A stretch of 64,000 bases of DNA from Paecilomyces variotii (lineage: Eukaryota). Position numbers and translations under genes: made by a program. Below the pieces are notes generated by a model, which worked only from the letters and a program-made list of their open reading frames with translations, had not been told where the DNA came from and ran no database searches. Below, piece after piece: positions 50,062 through 63,150 of this stretch (position 1 is its first letter; every line of letters begins with the position of its first letter). Location of the stretch: NCBI GenBank assembly GCA_004022145.1, contig RCNU01000001.1, one strand, 5' to 3'.

Positions 50062-51529
50062 ATATAGACTGGAAGGCGTAATGTTTTCGAGGTGTTCGGG
50101 TCCACTTTTTGGAAATGAATTCCGTACATAATTCAAATATATTCTAGATAGGAGCAAACTGACAGTCGTATTCTGATTCATTTCTTTGCGTCGAGCGATC
50201 TCAGAATACTAACCGTCCAGTTCATACATAATACGATAGCCGATACGGCGCAACGATAACACTCGACGCCCTTGGATACTGGAGTCGTGGAGCTCATCCT
50301 CGTGGCAAGTGCGTGTGCCGTGCACATAGCAAACTGCGGGTTTCCGCAGGAGCACCAATCTTTCTGCATCTCTCCCTCACAGCTGCATTCTTCAAATTTC
50401 TCCGAGATTTACCAGAGAGAGTATCGTGCTAGGGTTCTGGCTATTTCTAGTCCATCCTTCCATGTCTGACTAGCATATACCTAAACTCTACGTACCTAGG
50501 TACATACATAGGGCATAACCACCACGAGCTACCTTAGGCTTAGCCAACGGCCTGCTGCCAAGAATCACAGACTTATCCTCAAGTCTCCTGATCTTCCCGA
50601 TTTCGCCCCATTCATTTCTCTCAAGAAAGTATTTTTATCACTCGTAATACAGATCTTAAATCGTGGCCATGTAGAGAATTGCACGATGGACAAGATATAT
50701 TGTATAACTCAGCCCGCCAATAATAGAAGGGGCGTTAACGATCCTCTTAGGGCTGAAACTTTATGTGAGCTTGATTCGACATCGAGATCTACCTCTTTGC
50801 TTACGTGAATTTCCCCCGCCCCGCCATAGTTACTGTCTATATCCGCCAACGGGGGCTTCCTGGGTTTGATATTACTGGATCGTAATCGCACTTCTGTTGC
50901 TTGCGCATTAATTTTGAGGTTCTAGAAGAATACTCGTATTATCCCATCTAGCGAATCGAGAGTTTATGATCAAGTTACTATGTCTCCTAATCTCCAAGAG
51001 TTACCTAGGTACCTAGGTAGGCTAGGCACAGAAAAAGAACTAGGTACTTTGGAAATAGCTCGACTCTAACGACCTACCCAGCTCGTAGCTGTACATTATC
51101 GAGATTCAAAATGCCAATTTGCCAGCGACATGCCAGATGATCTCGTTCCATACTTCGGGAGTCAAACATACTGCGACGGCTGTCGCATCTACTTGCCATC
51201 CCCAACTTTAAGGACGAACGCTAAGACGATCTCAGCAAGTGCTTCCATATCCCGAGGTCATTTAGCACTAGTTATCTCCCATAGGCCATAGCGACTGAGT
51301 CGCAGGAATTGTAAGGTCTGCCGCCTATAGGTCAGATACCTCAGGTACCTTCTATCAAGAGTACCCAGCGTCAAGTATATTTGTATCCTATTCTGGGAGA
51401 CAAGGAAGATTCTAAGGTAACGGTTATTATATCAGTATTCTACCTATATTCTTTTATTATATAAGCTTCACGTACCTTCCAATATCTCCACTTGCAGGGC
51501 GATATGTTTGCTTTAGCCACGCGCATATT

Positions 51530-52680
51530 TGGGATGCCTCTTGAAATTGTACTGCTGGTAGGGCAATATCTCTATTGAAAGATTTAAAGTGCATTTATCT
51601 TTTCTGGCTCTCCAAATATGCAGAGGCCTCCATCCAGAATATGGCTGTATAGCCACTCTGGCCAAAATTTGCCCGCATTGAGAACCTTGTTGGAACCCAG
51701 CGGGAGCATACGCCTGGGACTTTAAGGCAAACTGCCTGCAAGAAGTTCACAAGAGCAAAATTCACCATTTCTTCATCGCATCACCAGAAACCTGGTTGCG
51801 GTCTTGGTTCTGACGGTTGCACACCAATAGGCTGACCTAAAAACTAGCGGTAAAATAGTTTAAAAGGAGCTGTAGAGTTTTGCTCAAAACTATACAAACG
51901 GCTATATGCCACTTTAACCCTAAACTAGTCCTTAATATAGGCTTCTAAGATTCGACCATATTTGGGGGCAACAAATGATAATATTAAAACCTGAATTGTT
52001 ACTGGTAAGCTTTTATTTATGAATAGAAAGAGTTATTAGAACTTACAGGCTGTGGCTGTTGCTTATTAAATAGACTTTTATTTAGACGGATTCTTATCGC
52101 GTGTAAAATGAAAGCCAATTCATGGCGCAGTATCAGGTCATTATTTGGGGCATTTTCATATTATGCTGAACAACTATAGTAACGTGTGGGTATATGTAGT
52201 CTTTGACCTCGAATAGAAGTCTAACGCAGTAGATTATGCTTTGAAGATTATGCGACGGTAGATCGACTACTTGCGATAATGGGACTTCATAACTATAAAA
52301 CCAGGAGCTATTAGTATATTATGTATACAGCTTTCACCTGAAGGAGTGAATATAATAGAACTAACTCACTTGGCATCACACCAGTCAACAACCAATATAA
52401 CCCTGATCACCCCGTCGCGGCACAGAGAAAATATGCTGTTTAAAGATAGATATAACCTCTGAAAGACAGTCACTTGGACGCCAATATCTTTGGCCAAAAC
52501 CTTCTCTCCTCTCTTCTGCTGCAGCAGCCTCGGGATTATAGTCCCTTAAAACAAGGAAGTCTAGGATCTCCCAGTGCAGTCATGTGACCTTTATTTAGCA
52601 AGATCCGTCATCCATGGAATCATACGCTGACTTCGCCTACCTATATCTATATGCCGCCAAGCAAGGCTGTCGGGGTAGCA
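51530..52680 (+). pseudogene. Possible decayed F-box/ankyrin-type gene remnant
   Basis: Fragments MPLEIVLLVGQYL* (F-box-like) and LYAAKQG / GQNLLS (ankyrin-like) in AT/TpA-rich DNA with no ORF of 60 aa or more. Confidence 0.25.
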
Positions 52681-55379
52681 ATGATGGTCCGATAATTATG
52701 CGGGATCCCAGTACTTAATTGGCTCGGTTCTTTATGGTCTTGATATCAAAAGTTTTTACTTCAGAGGAGGAGGGATATCTTTAAGGACCTGCTCCCAGGC
52801 ATGAGCTCCCAGCTTGAGAAAGTGGATCGAATCTTTGAACCATGTGTTCTTCAAGCTGCGTTGAGGACTTGAGCGCGTAGTCATAGTTGTGGCATTCGAT
52901 AGCTATCGAAAGAACCTAATAAATCCGTGCTGCCCTCGGTTTATGAGATGATTTGTTGGAATAGATTAGTTATTAATCGTATAGTTGGTTACCAACCAGT
53001 TAACTACTCGGGCAGAAATGATGCCTGAAAACAAAGGCCTCAAATGGCTATTCAAGAACACCTGCAAGTTGCTTCTAGGTTCCTAATAATGGAGTACGTA
53101 TATGCGTAGGGTCGTCTTAGATCAGAACTAATGCTAACTAAATAGAATTGGCCTAAAGGAAGGACAGTGAAATACATAGGGCCTAAAATCTGAAACCTGG
53201 CTGAACGGCTGAACGAAGAACCCCGTATCGCAAGCCTCGTGGCTTCAGCCACTGCATGCCATCATGCAGCGAGACCGGGATGTATCTAGATGAGATATTT
53301 GATAGATTAGTGAAGAAAGCTCCCAGGATCAAGGAATATTTTCGCAGAGATAGAGGACACATTGCTTTGATTTATATATATGCCCTATTGCTCCTTTTCT
53401 ACAGTTTTGGCCTGCTTCTCGTTGTGAATTTTCCGTGCTCCACATCATACGAGGTCTTACTTGCGGAGAAAAGCATCAGAAGTTACATCGTATATGCATG
53501 GTAATCTCGAAGACAAACTCAATTGGGAAGTCCATTTTTCCTAGACTTGGGGAAAATCTTCTTAGTTTACCGAACTGAATGAACTCTTGATTCAGAGATG
53601 GCAAAAACTTATTAATACGTTCCTGAGCCAGAGAATAGTTAAGTAATTTTTAGTGTTTAAAGATTGGAACCGAGTTAAGCGACATCTGCATCGGGTAATT
53701 AGTTTGGGATAAATCATTCAACTATGATCGGATATAGCATCGAATAATATCAACCACGCCAAATTTATTGTCCGAGATGTCAATGAGCTGCCTCTCCATC
53801 TGTCATATCATACGATAGTACTGTGATGGTGCAGGTGGATTTTGGAGATTCGTGCAGCTGTGGGAGAGAGATGTGAGAAGCCCAAGCGCGGCTCCAGGGA
53901 TCAAAACTTGGCCTGTGGATCTCGTGTCTGCCACCGCCAACTTTTCCCTCTCTCGGGCGGCATCGACTCCGCACGAATCATCCACATTCCTGTCGTTCTG
54001 TGGCTTCGCTTTCTTCGCTTTCTTCGCTTTCGGCAACTCTGAATCTTTGACACATCTGCTTTCAGTGTGGCGTGCTTGATTGGCAATAATGTGCTGTGAG
54101 GATTATTATTGTCTGCTCTCTCACAACAATCACACAATGGATTTTGCTGACTCTGCTGTACTCGATCCTACTTCAGACACGATTAGATGCTCCCTGTTTC
54201 ATGGTCTCTCCAACTTGTCTGCGCTGCTGGTCAAGCCGGATGATGCGTCGCAGAGGATGACGTCTTCCATCGTCGTAAGGCGCAGCAGTTCGCACTAGAA
54301 TAATCGACTACTATCCACTAGAATAGTTGGCTCCGCTGCGCGGGGAACACCAAAGGCGGCGCAGCTCAGGCGATGTCTCAGTTTGAATCGCTCGACAGTT
54401 AGCCAAACACACGGGCTGGTTCATGCTGCGGACAGAGCACACCCCCAGTGATATAAGTTTAGAATCTCCGTCCGTGATGAGAGGACGGACTGAGTTAAGA
54501 ATGTCTCTGCTCAACCGTCGCACACTCAGGACGATCGGATTCGGTGATAGGCTGGGCCCTGATCCAGCAGCTGGAACAAGTTGGAAGCATCGGACTGCCC
54601 ACCACGGTTGAACCGGTCTACTCAGGACGAAACCACGGAATGCGGCCTTCGGGTACGAGAAGGAAGGCGAAAAAAGGTTCTATCTATAAACACACCCCGA
54701 GGATAACATCACCGCTGTTAATAGCAAAAATATCAATCAAGCCAACTCGTAAAGATAGTCACTATACACACCGTAATGGTTCTGTCGCTCATATGCTGTC
54801 TGCAGATAACAATTAATACATCAACGGGACATCATCGATCGGAGTCAGCAACGTTGTCCGGGATCTGTACGGGATAGGATAGATAGACGGGACCGGCCTT
54901 GTCCAGGGTGGATCGGATGATGGAAAATCCAAGAAAAAAGAAGCTGCTAATAGCGTCGTCCTAGTAGATCCAGGCCGGCCATTCGGGCCTAAGCTGGTTG
55001 ATACGTTGTCGACATCCTGAGTCTCTCCACCGCCGCCTAAATAGTCTTGTCCATCGCCGCCAGGATCAACGGCTATCTTTTTTTTCTTTTGCTTCATATC
55101 CTGGCCTCGCTATTAACCCCTATACCGTCTCTTTTGTAGTGCAAACAAGGCCATTGTGACACCTGTGCAGTTGTTTGTGCCTTTGTTTCCCTCTTAAGCT
55201 GGCAGACAGCTCCAACCAGCGGAACCTACGGAAACGGCCACAACATTCCTCAGGCTGTACAATTCACCAGAGCGTCTCATCTTTGACGCTTCACGCTCCT
55301 CTTTGTCCTTTTCTTCAGCTGCTGCCACCCTCATCTTCTGGCGAGGATTCTCTCTCTGCACGGAATCCCTTTATCAGAG

Positions 55380-56354
55380 ATGGTTTCTTTCAAGAAGTTC
55401 CTCCTTCTCTCGGTCTTCTCCTCCGCTGCCTTGGCAGCCGTGGCTGCTGAGCCCCAGGCGGAGGTCGATGAGGCAGGAGAGCCAGATGCGTCATTCCAGG
55501 AACTCCTACACAGCATCGACGAGAATTCAATCCATGAAGCCATTCATACTCTGTCCGACAAGTTTCGCCATGGCGTCTTCCACCATGACAGCAAAGCTGT
55601 AGAAGCCCTCCACAAGGAGGACGCACCTCTTGCAACAGTGCTCCTCCATCTGGCCCAGCGTCGCGCTGAGAGCAACTCGACTGCCGCTACCAAGACGTCG
55701 ACCACTGCTGCTTCTCAGGATCCTACCAGCCCTCAGCCAACTTCTTCGGCCACTCCAATCGCAGCTACGTCTTCGTCTGACTCTACGACTTCATCCGACT
55801 CTACCTCTTCATCTGACTCTTCCTCGTCCGCTGCCGAGCCGACTTCCAGCCAGACTCCTTCTTCCAGTGCGAGCTCGTCCAGCGAGAGCTCTTCGAGTGA
55901 CTCGTCTACCAGCGAGACTCCGTCGTCCAGCCAGGCCTCGTCCTCTGCTCCCAAGACGACAGCGGCAACCACAAAGACGGACACTACGTCTACGTCGGCC
56001 TCCAGCTCGTCCGCTGCAGCAGCATCCACTGCTTCCTCGAGCTTCGTGACGTCGACGACCTCTTCAAGCTCCAGCTCCATCTCCAGCTCAGCCGTGACCT
56101 CAGCTTCGTCGAGCCCGTCCACGACTCAGAAACCCTACACTTCAACCTACAAGAGCACCACCACTCTTCCCAACGGCAGCCTGAGCACTGTCACTGCGGT
56201 GACTGTCGTTCACCCAACCGAGGCAGTAGCTGCCACTGCTGCCGCTACGGGAGGTCCCAGTCTGCAGCAGAACGTTGCAGCCACCTCTATGAACCTTAAG
56301 AGAGAGGCATTGGTGATGCTTGGTGGTGCTATGGCTGTGGCCATGGCTCTCTAA
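55380..56354 (+). CDS. Secreted Ser/Thr-rich, probably GPI-anchored cell-wall protein
   Basis: Signal peptide, short His-containing helical domain, long Ser/Thr linker and hydrophobic C-terminus ALVMLGGAMAVAMAL. Confidence 0.88.
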   Translation: MVSFKKFLLLSVFSSAALAAVAAEPQAEVDEAGEPDASFQELLHSIDENSIHEAIHTLSDKFRHGVFHHDSKAVEALHKEDAPLATVLLHLAQRRAESNSTAATKTSTTAASQDPTSPQPTSSATPIAATSSSDSTTSSDSTSSSDSSSSAAEPTSSQTPSSSASSSSESSSSDSSTSETPSSSQASSSAPKTTAATTKTDTTSTSASSSSAAAASTASSSFVTSTTSSSSSSISSSAVTSASSSPSTTQKPYTSTYKSTTTLPNGSLSTVTAVTVVHPTEAVAATAAATGGPSLQQNVAATSMNLKREALVMLGGAMAVAMAL

Positions 56355-56654
56355 GCCCATTCAACCTTACGCTTGAACATCTTAAATCAACCTCCTTTTT
56401 TTCCTGAACTAGTGCATAAAAAAAGCGGCGTTCTTTTGCATGGGGATATTTTGATTTTGTTTTTTTTTTTGTTTTTTTCTCGCTCTCTCTCTTCATCCTG
56501 GGAAGCAACATGAGCATTCTTGCTCTTCTCCATATCCGGTCCTTATCATACATCATCTGCAGCGTTCAAAGCATTGGAAGTTCTTCTACGACCATGTCAC
56601 GTCTCTCCTTTATACCATATCATATCATCAGCATTTTCTGAGATTATTATTGCC

Positions 56655-56700
56655 TTATTATTATTATTGTTGTTGTTGTTGTTGTTGTCGTTGTTCGTTG
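56655..56700. repeat. Compound (TTA)n(TTG)n microsatellite
   Basis: Direct reading of the sequence. Confidence 0.85.
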
Positions 56701-57099
56701 CGTATGATATCATACCTACGCGGCACAGGGCCGTTTGGCAGTTTGTTTGTCCTAGCAGCTAAATTGATATAGTCTGCTATTACTACATAATGCATTGAAA
56801 AGGGAAACAAATCAAATTTGAAATATCTCTTGCAGTTTTAGACTGTGGGAGTATCTATCTCTTGGTTTCAGAATTCAAATACATATGTCCATGTGAAAAT
56901 CGTAGTATGGCTGCAAATTTCGTCGTCTCGTATTTACCCGCTAATTTCCCGTTCGGGTATCCATCATAATACAGAATGGTTCCTTCTGTGCACTGTTCAC
57001 TAGTTATACATCTGTAACACTCATCATCAGATAGTTCAGGCCGTCAACAATCGTACTCAAGAGACCCATCTCCCCTCGAAGCTCACTGACCGCTATCTA

Positions 57100-57755
57100 C
57101 TACCGCGCCGCGTTCCCCTGACCTTGCCATCTTTCCTCCTCAGTCCAGTAACGGACGATGCTCTCCCATCCGGGAATATCACCGTCTCTGAGCAGGGCGG
57201 CAACGTCCACGTTCAGCGGGGAATCGGGTTGCGGGTCCGTGAGCAACTGGTGGATGGCAGATAGGGTGCTGGATAGCGTGTAGACGGGACTCCAATGCTC
57301 GGTTGTTAGGAGGGTGAGGCAGATATCGCCGTTGGTGAAGGAGATGTTGGGATGGGAAATGCGCGTTGTGAACTTGATCGTCGGCGGGGAGAGAGGGTAG
57401 TTAGGCGGGATTGAGATGGAGAGGTGCCAGAGGCCGCCTGGGAGAGAGTGAGGTTGTTAACTTTGATCATGATCATTATGGTTATGAGTGTATATTAGAA
57501 TGAGAATAGAGGCAACGTGATGGCATATGCGTTTTGCTGGGACATCTATCCGAGATCGGAACGTTTTCTCTCAAACTCACCTTCATACGGAGTCCCCTTG
57601 ACTCCTTTCAGGACTGCCTCCCAATGTAGCAGATCCTCGTCGTCTACGGGACGGAGATGCAGTAATACCTCATTTGGGTTTTTCGCGTAGTCCTTCAGCT
57701 CGCGCAGAAGACGCTGCGTTGTTGCGGAGGAGGGGGCGGATTGCGATGACGCCAT
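57100..57755 (-). CDS. pex4: Ubiquitin-conjugating enzyme E2, Pex4-like, 2 exons
   Basis: RLLREL, GTPYEGG, YPLSPPTIKF.T.ISHPNISF..GDICL, WSPVYTL, PDSPLNVDVAALLRDGD. Confidence 0.85.
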
Positions 57756-58078
57756 GACTGAAGCGGGACTCCAACTGCCTCACTGAGCCTTGATGTTGTC
57801 CTTTTTCGCGACGGGTGAGATAAACGACCTAGTGAGGTGATAGCTGGAAGGATGAGGTCCGTCTCTGATGCCTCCCATCGGCTTCGGGAGGAATAAGTAA
57901 AGGCAGACTGCGCGCCTCTCGTTGTTCCCGTGAACACGGCGTGCCGAGGCTAGGAAAGCTGCCGTGGGTCGAGTTCAGCTTTCCGCAGGCTCCGCTCGCG
58001 TGGCTGCGGATGCTTCTACCAATCTGCGTGCTTCTAAATCAGGGGGCAAAATCTATCTCGAAAAGTTCAACCACCAAT

Positions 58079-59344
58079 ATGCGCACCTCACGGATCGCAA
58101 AGGACACTACAAAAGTGCTACAGGCACTGTCTCCGCCTGGGAAAAGACGCACTCGCAGTGCCCTTACCTCTAATGCCTTGCAGAGCTTTGCATTTTCTGA
58201 AAACTCCGCTGGGGATATCAGCTCTGATCTTCCGCCAAAACAAGAAGCTCTAATCAGTGACGATGATGGCTCCTCGCTCTCCTCTGCAAATACGGATGAT
58301 ATCGAAGACCTATTGGCCCCTGCAGCCAAACGACGGAAGACCAGAGCAGCTTCTACCAGGTCTCCTCGCAAGGTTATCGTAAAGCAGGAGACTCCAAAGG
58401 CCAGCTCAAATGGCGCCAAAGCACGTCGCATGCCAGCGCGTAAAGTGACTGCCACAGATGGTTCGGTTGTAGTCCAGCCGCCTTCCAACTGGGAGACTAT
58501 CTATTCAATAGTCAAGAAAATGAGAGAAGAAAATCCCACGGCCCCGGTTGATACCATGGGTTGCGCTGAGCTGTACTGGCGAGGTTCATCTCCTCGAGAT
58601 AGGAGATTCCAGACTCTCGTCGCTCTCATGCTGTCTTCCCAGACTAAAGACACTGTCACTGCTGTGGCCATGCAGCGGCTGCACACCGAGCTGGGAGAAC
58701 AGAAAACCGCTCCTGTAGCGTCCCCAATCATCAAGGCAGAGGATGATGAAGGTAAGGACCAGGTAGCGGCTAAGGATAGCACACTGAATCTCGAGAATAT
58801 TCTTGCCGTCTCTCCAGAGCGCCTTAACGAACTCATTCGTACCGTTGGCTTTCACAACAATAAGACCAAATATATCAAGGCCGCTGCTATTATCCTTCGC
58901 GATGAGTATAACTCAGATATCCCAGACACGGCTGAAAAGCTCATGAAGCTCCCGGGAGTTGGTCCCAAGATGGCTTATCTCTGCATGAGTGCGGCGTGGG
59001 GCAAGCACGAAGGGATCGGAGTCGATGTCCATGTCCATCGTATCACGAATCTGTGGGGGTGGCAGAAGAGCAAGAACCCTGAAGAGACTCGCAAGGCGTT
59101 AGAATCCTGGCTACCAAAGGATAAGTGGCATGAGATCAACAAGCTTCTTGTTGGCTTGGGACAGACAGTCTGCTTGCCTGTGGGAAGAAGGTGTGGGGAG
59201 TGCGAGGTTGCTGGAAAAGGCCTTTGCAAGAGCGAAATAAAAGGATTGATTCCAAAAGGGAATCGTGGCATCATTGTGGGAAAGAAAGAGACCCTGGATG
59301 AGAAATCCTTTGCTATTGGGGAGGTTAAGGTGGAAAAGCAGTGA
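58079..59344 (+). CDS. nth1: Endonuclease III homologue (DNA glycosylase/AP lyase), intronless
   Basis: [28 protein letters not shown], HhH motif [20 protein letters not shown] and the [4Fe-4S] motif C-x6-C-x2-C-x6-C; first ATG at 58079. Confidence 0.95.
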   Translation: MRTSRIAKDTTKVLQALSPPGKRRTRSALTSNALQSFAFSENSAGDISSDLPPKQEALISDDDGSSLSSANTDDIEDLLAPAAKRRKTRAASTRSPRKVIVKQETPKASSNGAKARRMPARKVTATDGSVVVQPPSNWETIYSIVKKMREENPTAPVDTMGCAELYWRGSSPRDRRFQTLVALMLSSQTKDTVTAVAMQRLHTELGEQKTAPVASPIIKAEDDEGKDQVAAKDSTLNLENILAVSPERLNELIRTVGFHNNKTKYIKAAAIILRDEYNSDIPDTAEKLMKLPGVGPKMAYLCMSAAWGKHEGIGVDVHVHRITNLWGWQKSKNPEETRKALESWLPKDKWHEINKLLVGLGQTVCLPVGRRCGECEVAGKGLCKSEIKGLIPKGNRGIIVGKKETLDEKSFAIGEVKVEKQ

Positions 59345-59714
59345 TAGAGCCCTGGCTGGCATGTTGTAGGCAGCTTTGCGGCCAATGTCTCTTCAAAGAG
59401 TCCCCTGGTGTTACTGGCCGGTGGCCTCCGTGATGCCCTTCACATCGCCTGCTATTCACTGCTCGCTTGCCATTGTTCGCTTGTTCTACCCATCCCACCG
59501 ATTTTATATGGGACTACCGTCTTCTCCGTTCGTTTTTCTGTTGACCTCTCCCTATCCTGCCACCGTCTCCCGCATGCCTCCCATGCGCCATTGTTTGTCA
59601 AAAGGGCTATCTTGAAACACACCCACTTAGTAAGTGAGGCATCAGAAGGAAATTGTCGTGTTGAGGGTCCCTAGCTGACACGCATTTAAGGGGTAGTCCT
59701 TTCGTATTTTCACG

Positions 59715-61346
59715 ATGGAGCTCTTCAGTGACACTGACATGGTCGACGCGGCCATCGAATCCGACTTCGACGAGGACTACTTCGACACGGACTTCGACGT
59801 GGACATGGCCGATATGGCGTTTGAAGATCCCTGTGTCGAAGCTGGCCCAGCAGTCTCGATGGCCGCCTCAAAGACCTTTCTCGATCTCCCAGAAAAGGTC
59901 AGGGTTCGCATCTACGAGTATTATGGTCTTGTCAGGTCGTGCCCAGTCGACGTGGTCTATGAAAAGGGGAGGTCCAAGAATCACAACCGCTCTGCCTGCT
60001 TGGAGTACCCTGACAAAAGGGATATGGTTGGAAACTGGAACACCACTTTTGGCGCGAGAAACTGTGACCATCCGCCATTGCCTCTTGATATATTTCTGGT
60101 TTCACACGCGGTCTACCGTGACGCCTTCTCAACATTCTACAGCAAGAACAAGTTCACAGTCTTTCTGCGCCGTCGATCCGATCTTGTGACGTTTCGTATT
60201 TCGGCTGCTCGCGGTCTAAAGCACATCCGCTCGATTCACGTCGATCTGCAGACCTACGATAACAGGACCATTAAGGCGGACATGGTGGAGGTCGACTGTC
60301 ATCGTGCATGTCTTAACCTGTGGCGCTCTTTCTCCCAGGTTATCGCCACTGGGATGCCTAGACTCAGGTACTTCAGCATCAAGTGTCGAGTCAAGGATCC
60401 CGAGACTGCCATGGCGGTTGTCGAGAACCTTGAAGACTTCCCGGCCCTCGCTGGGTGCTCATTCTACTTCAATGCGCTGCCTCTACCCAGTGTCATTTCC
60501 GTGGCGAGAGATGCAGCTGAGTACGCAACTACAGTTGTTAAGGATACATCCGAACCATTTCCGTTCCTAAAGCTTCCGAAGGAGCTACAGCTTATGGTCT
60601 GGCGTCATCTCCTAGTTGTCCGTTGGGATCCATTCATACATAGCTCCAAGGCATGCGCCGGACTCACTACGTTTCAAAGCCACAAGTGCGAACGTGCACA
60701 GGATACCAGCTATCTGATGTGTTGTGGAACTTGCTCTATGACCGGAGCCACTTGCTTTTGCTCCTACGGACAGACTGCTCTCTCCTCGACCTGTTCCTGC
60801 TTTAGGTCACCGCTTCCGTACTTCCTTGTCAACCGGGAGATGTACGAAGACGCGTCCGGGATTTTCTATACCAGCAACCGCTTTGCGTTCATTCAGGAGA
60901 ACCCTGACCAGATGATGAGGTTCTTGCACCCCTTCTCGAATGCAACTCTGGCAAAGATACGTTATTTGATCGTCAAGTTTCCGCCTTCTCATCGATCTTT
61001 TGGCAGTCCGGCTCCGAAGCTTGAGCGTTCCTTGCAGCTTTCCTGGTCGATCCTCCTTCGTTTCTTCAAGGAACACTTTTGCATGGACCGGCTCTCGCTC
61101 ACCATCGTGGATCTTGGGACACTGGGTTCGCCTCTCATTCGAAGTGAGAGAAACGGATATCTGCGACGCTTTTTCCAGGTGTTTTCGGCCCTGCGTGGTA
61201 TTCATTCCTTTCAAGTCTACCTCCTAGACGACCATGAATATGAATCCACCGCGGAGCAGATCGTCATGGGCCCGGGATACGTCTCTGTAAAGAGCAACGA
61301 CTTCCCATTCCTCGGCCACAGATGCATCACGAAGTCTCGTACCTGA
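59715..61346 (+). CDS. Hypothetical protein with two tandem F-box-like modules and a Cys-rich insert, intronless
   Basis: 543-aa ORF; FLDLPEKVRVRIY..FLVSHAVYRDA..FYSKNKF is echoed by FLKLPKELQLMVW..FLVNREMYEDA..FYTSNRF. Confidence 0.75.
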   Translation: MELFSDTDMVDAAIESDFDEDYFDTDFDVDMADMAFEDPCVEAGPAVSMAASKTFLDLPEKVRVRIYEYYGLVRSCPVDVVYEKGRSKNHNRSACLEYPDKRDMVGNWNTTFGARNCDHPPLPLDIFLVSHAVYRDAFSTFYSKNKFTVFLRRRSDLVTFRISAARGLKHIRSIHVDLQTYDNRTIKADMVEVDCHRACLNLWRSFSQVIATGMPRLRYFSIKCRVKDPETAMAVVENLEDFPALAGCSFYFNALPLPSVISVARDAAEYATTVVKDTSEPFPFLKLPKELQLMVWRHLLVVRWDPFIHSSKACAGLTTFQSHKCERAQDTSYLMCCGTCSMTGATCFCSYGQTALSSTCSCFRSPLPYFLVNREMYEDASGIFYTSNRFAFIQENPDQMMRFLHPFSNATLAKIRYLIVKFPPSHRSFGSPAPKLERSLQLSWSILLRFFKEHFCMDRLSLTIVDLGTLGSPLIRSERNGYLRRFFQVFSALRGIHSFQVYLLDDHEYESTAEQIVMGPGYVSVKSNDFPFLGHRCITKSRT

Positions 61347-63150
61347 AGGATTCTATGGGCCACTTTTTTGTCGAACAGCGAAGAATCCATTCGCAAGTTT
61401 GCCTCTCGCCGTCTTCATCTTTCCCTCTCTGTCTAGTCTCTTCCTGGGTGGCACCATCTCATCAATACCCTACCAAACTAACAATTGGGACCTTCTGCTT
61501 CTTCGTGCTTTATGTATCCTCCCCTCTGGCGCCTATGTAGTATCTCCACAGTACTTTCTGTGAGCACCTCCCTATATGACATCATTTCCGGTCGGTGCAA
61601 TTTCTTGAAGGCTTCACTTACAGTGAATTCTAGCCGGTTTTCCCCTCTGCGGTTGAATCCCAGCCATTCACAATAGTTGAACAGACCTTACACATGCTTA
61701 CGGTGAAGCATATGTTTCTACATTCTGCACACTGAGCTATCTCTCTCCAGGAGTGTCGTGGCGGTATTTGGTCAACGATTCAGATAGCAGTTGGTGTCTT
61801 ACCTCCCGCTGTCTGTGGATGGCTTCTTTACGCAGCTTCCCCTTCTGTGTACTGTACAGCAATACAGTCAGTGCAAATTGCAGCGAATCTGTACGACGCA
61901 TTTCCGTCCTAATTATGTGCACATGGTAGCCAGCCCTACTTAGCTATTCGACCCTTATCGTCAGTTTACCAGAGGCATGTGGAGATAGGGAAATTAGGAA
62001 GTAAAGCAGGATGGATTAGACATCATGGATAACCGCTGATCCTGGTTTCGATGCTAATCCTGATCTATCTAGATAAGGAATTCATGTCCCAGTACCTTGG
62101 GTCGGTTCCCCGCATCAGTGACGGGACAGCCATTCCCAGGCACAGCGATAGACGATCCAGGCACAATTAATTTATACAACAACACGACGTGTATTGTCGC
62201 TGCTTTGCAGCCGTGCTGCTGTTAAGGGACATTATTAGGTGGCTTAATCTTCGTCTAAAGAGCAACATCATTAGTTCATACAGAGCCTGTGCGTCTTTAG
62301 CCTCGGGCATATAAGAGTACCTAACTCCTGCCATCCGCTGAGTGTTGGTCGCTCACAAACCTGAGATCTTGACCGGAGTTGACGGCAGAAGACCGGACTC
62401 ACCGGATAGATCTTGGCAAACTAGGCTCTTTTTTGAGTACTCCGTAGATATGTACCAGTAAGTTAGTTTCTGCGCTATATCCGTGTTTTCTGGGTATTAT
62501 TGGTTTACGGTTAGCAATTCGCAGGTTAGCGGGATCTAAACGGTAGGATAGTTATCTTCATACCGTACTTACTTACTCTACTGAGTAGGCGGCCCTATGC
62601 AGGTTATTAATAGCTTCATTTTTATGCGTTTGACTCGGGAGGTGACCCGCCTGTACCTGTCCTATTTTCACTATCATTATTAATGACTTCCTGGGCCCCT
62701 ACAAACCCACGTGGACGGCTCTGATCTTCTAGTCTCTTCCTGCTGCAGATACGGAATTGAGGCTATCAACCGACCCCACCATGAGGCACTGCTGGGCGTC
62801 GAAAAAAAAAATAATAAATGACCGATCAGCTTTATGCCGGCGTTTCTCTGGAATGCGACGGACGGACCATGAAATATCCGAACTGGGCCAACGGGCGTGT
62901 TGATCTTATGGACAGCGCCGCCTATATGCCCCACGATACCATAGAGAACATTCTACTGCACTCGTGGGAGCCGTGTCTCTCGCTTGGTGCTAATGAACAA
63001 CAGTGGTTCTGCTAAACGACAAATGATTGGTCTTGTCGATCACTGTCCCCGCGCAATGTCTCGCATGGCTATATATTCGCCAGGTCAGCTTCCGGTGTTG
63101 AGGGTATCCATGAAAGAGGGTTACCTGCAGTGTGCCTTGCATCAGCCAAC

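Noticed and set aside
53780..54560. Short minus-strand ORFs including PKAKKAKKAK
   Set aside because: The Lys-rich stretch comes from a 9-bp tandem repeat, and no consistent spliced gene model or homology could be derived
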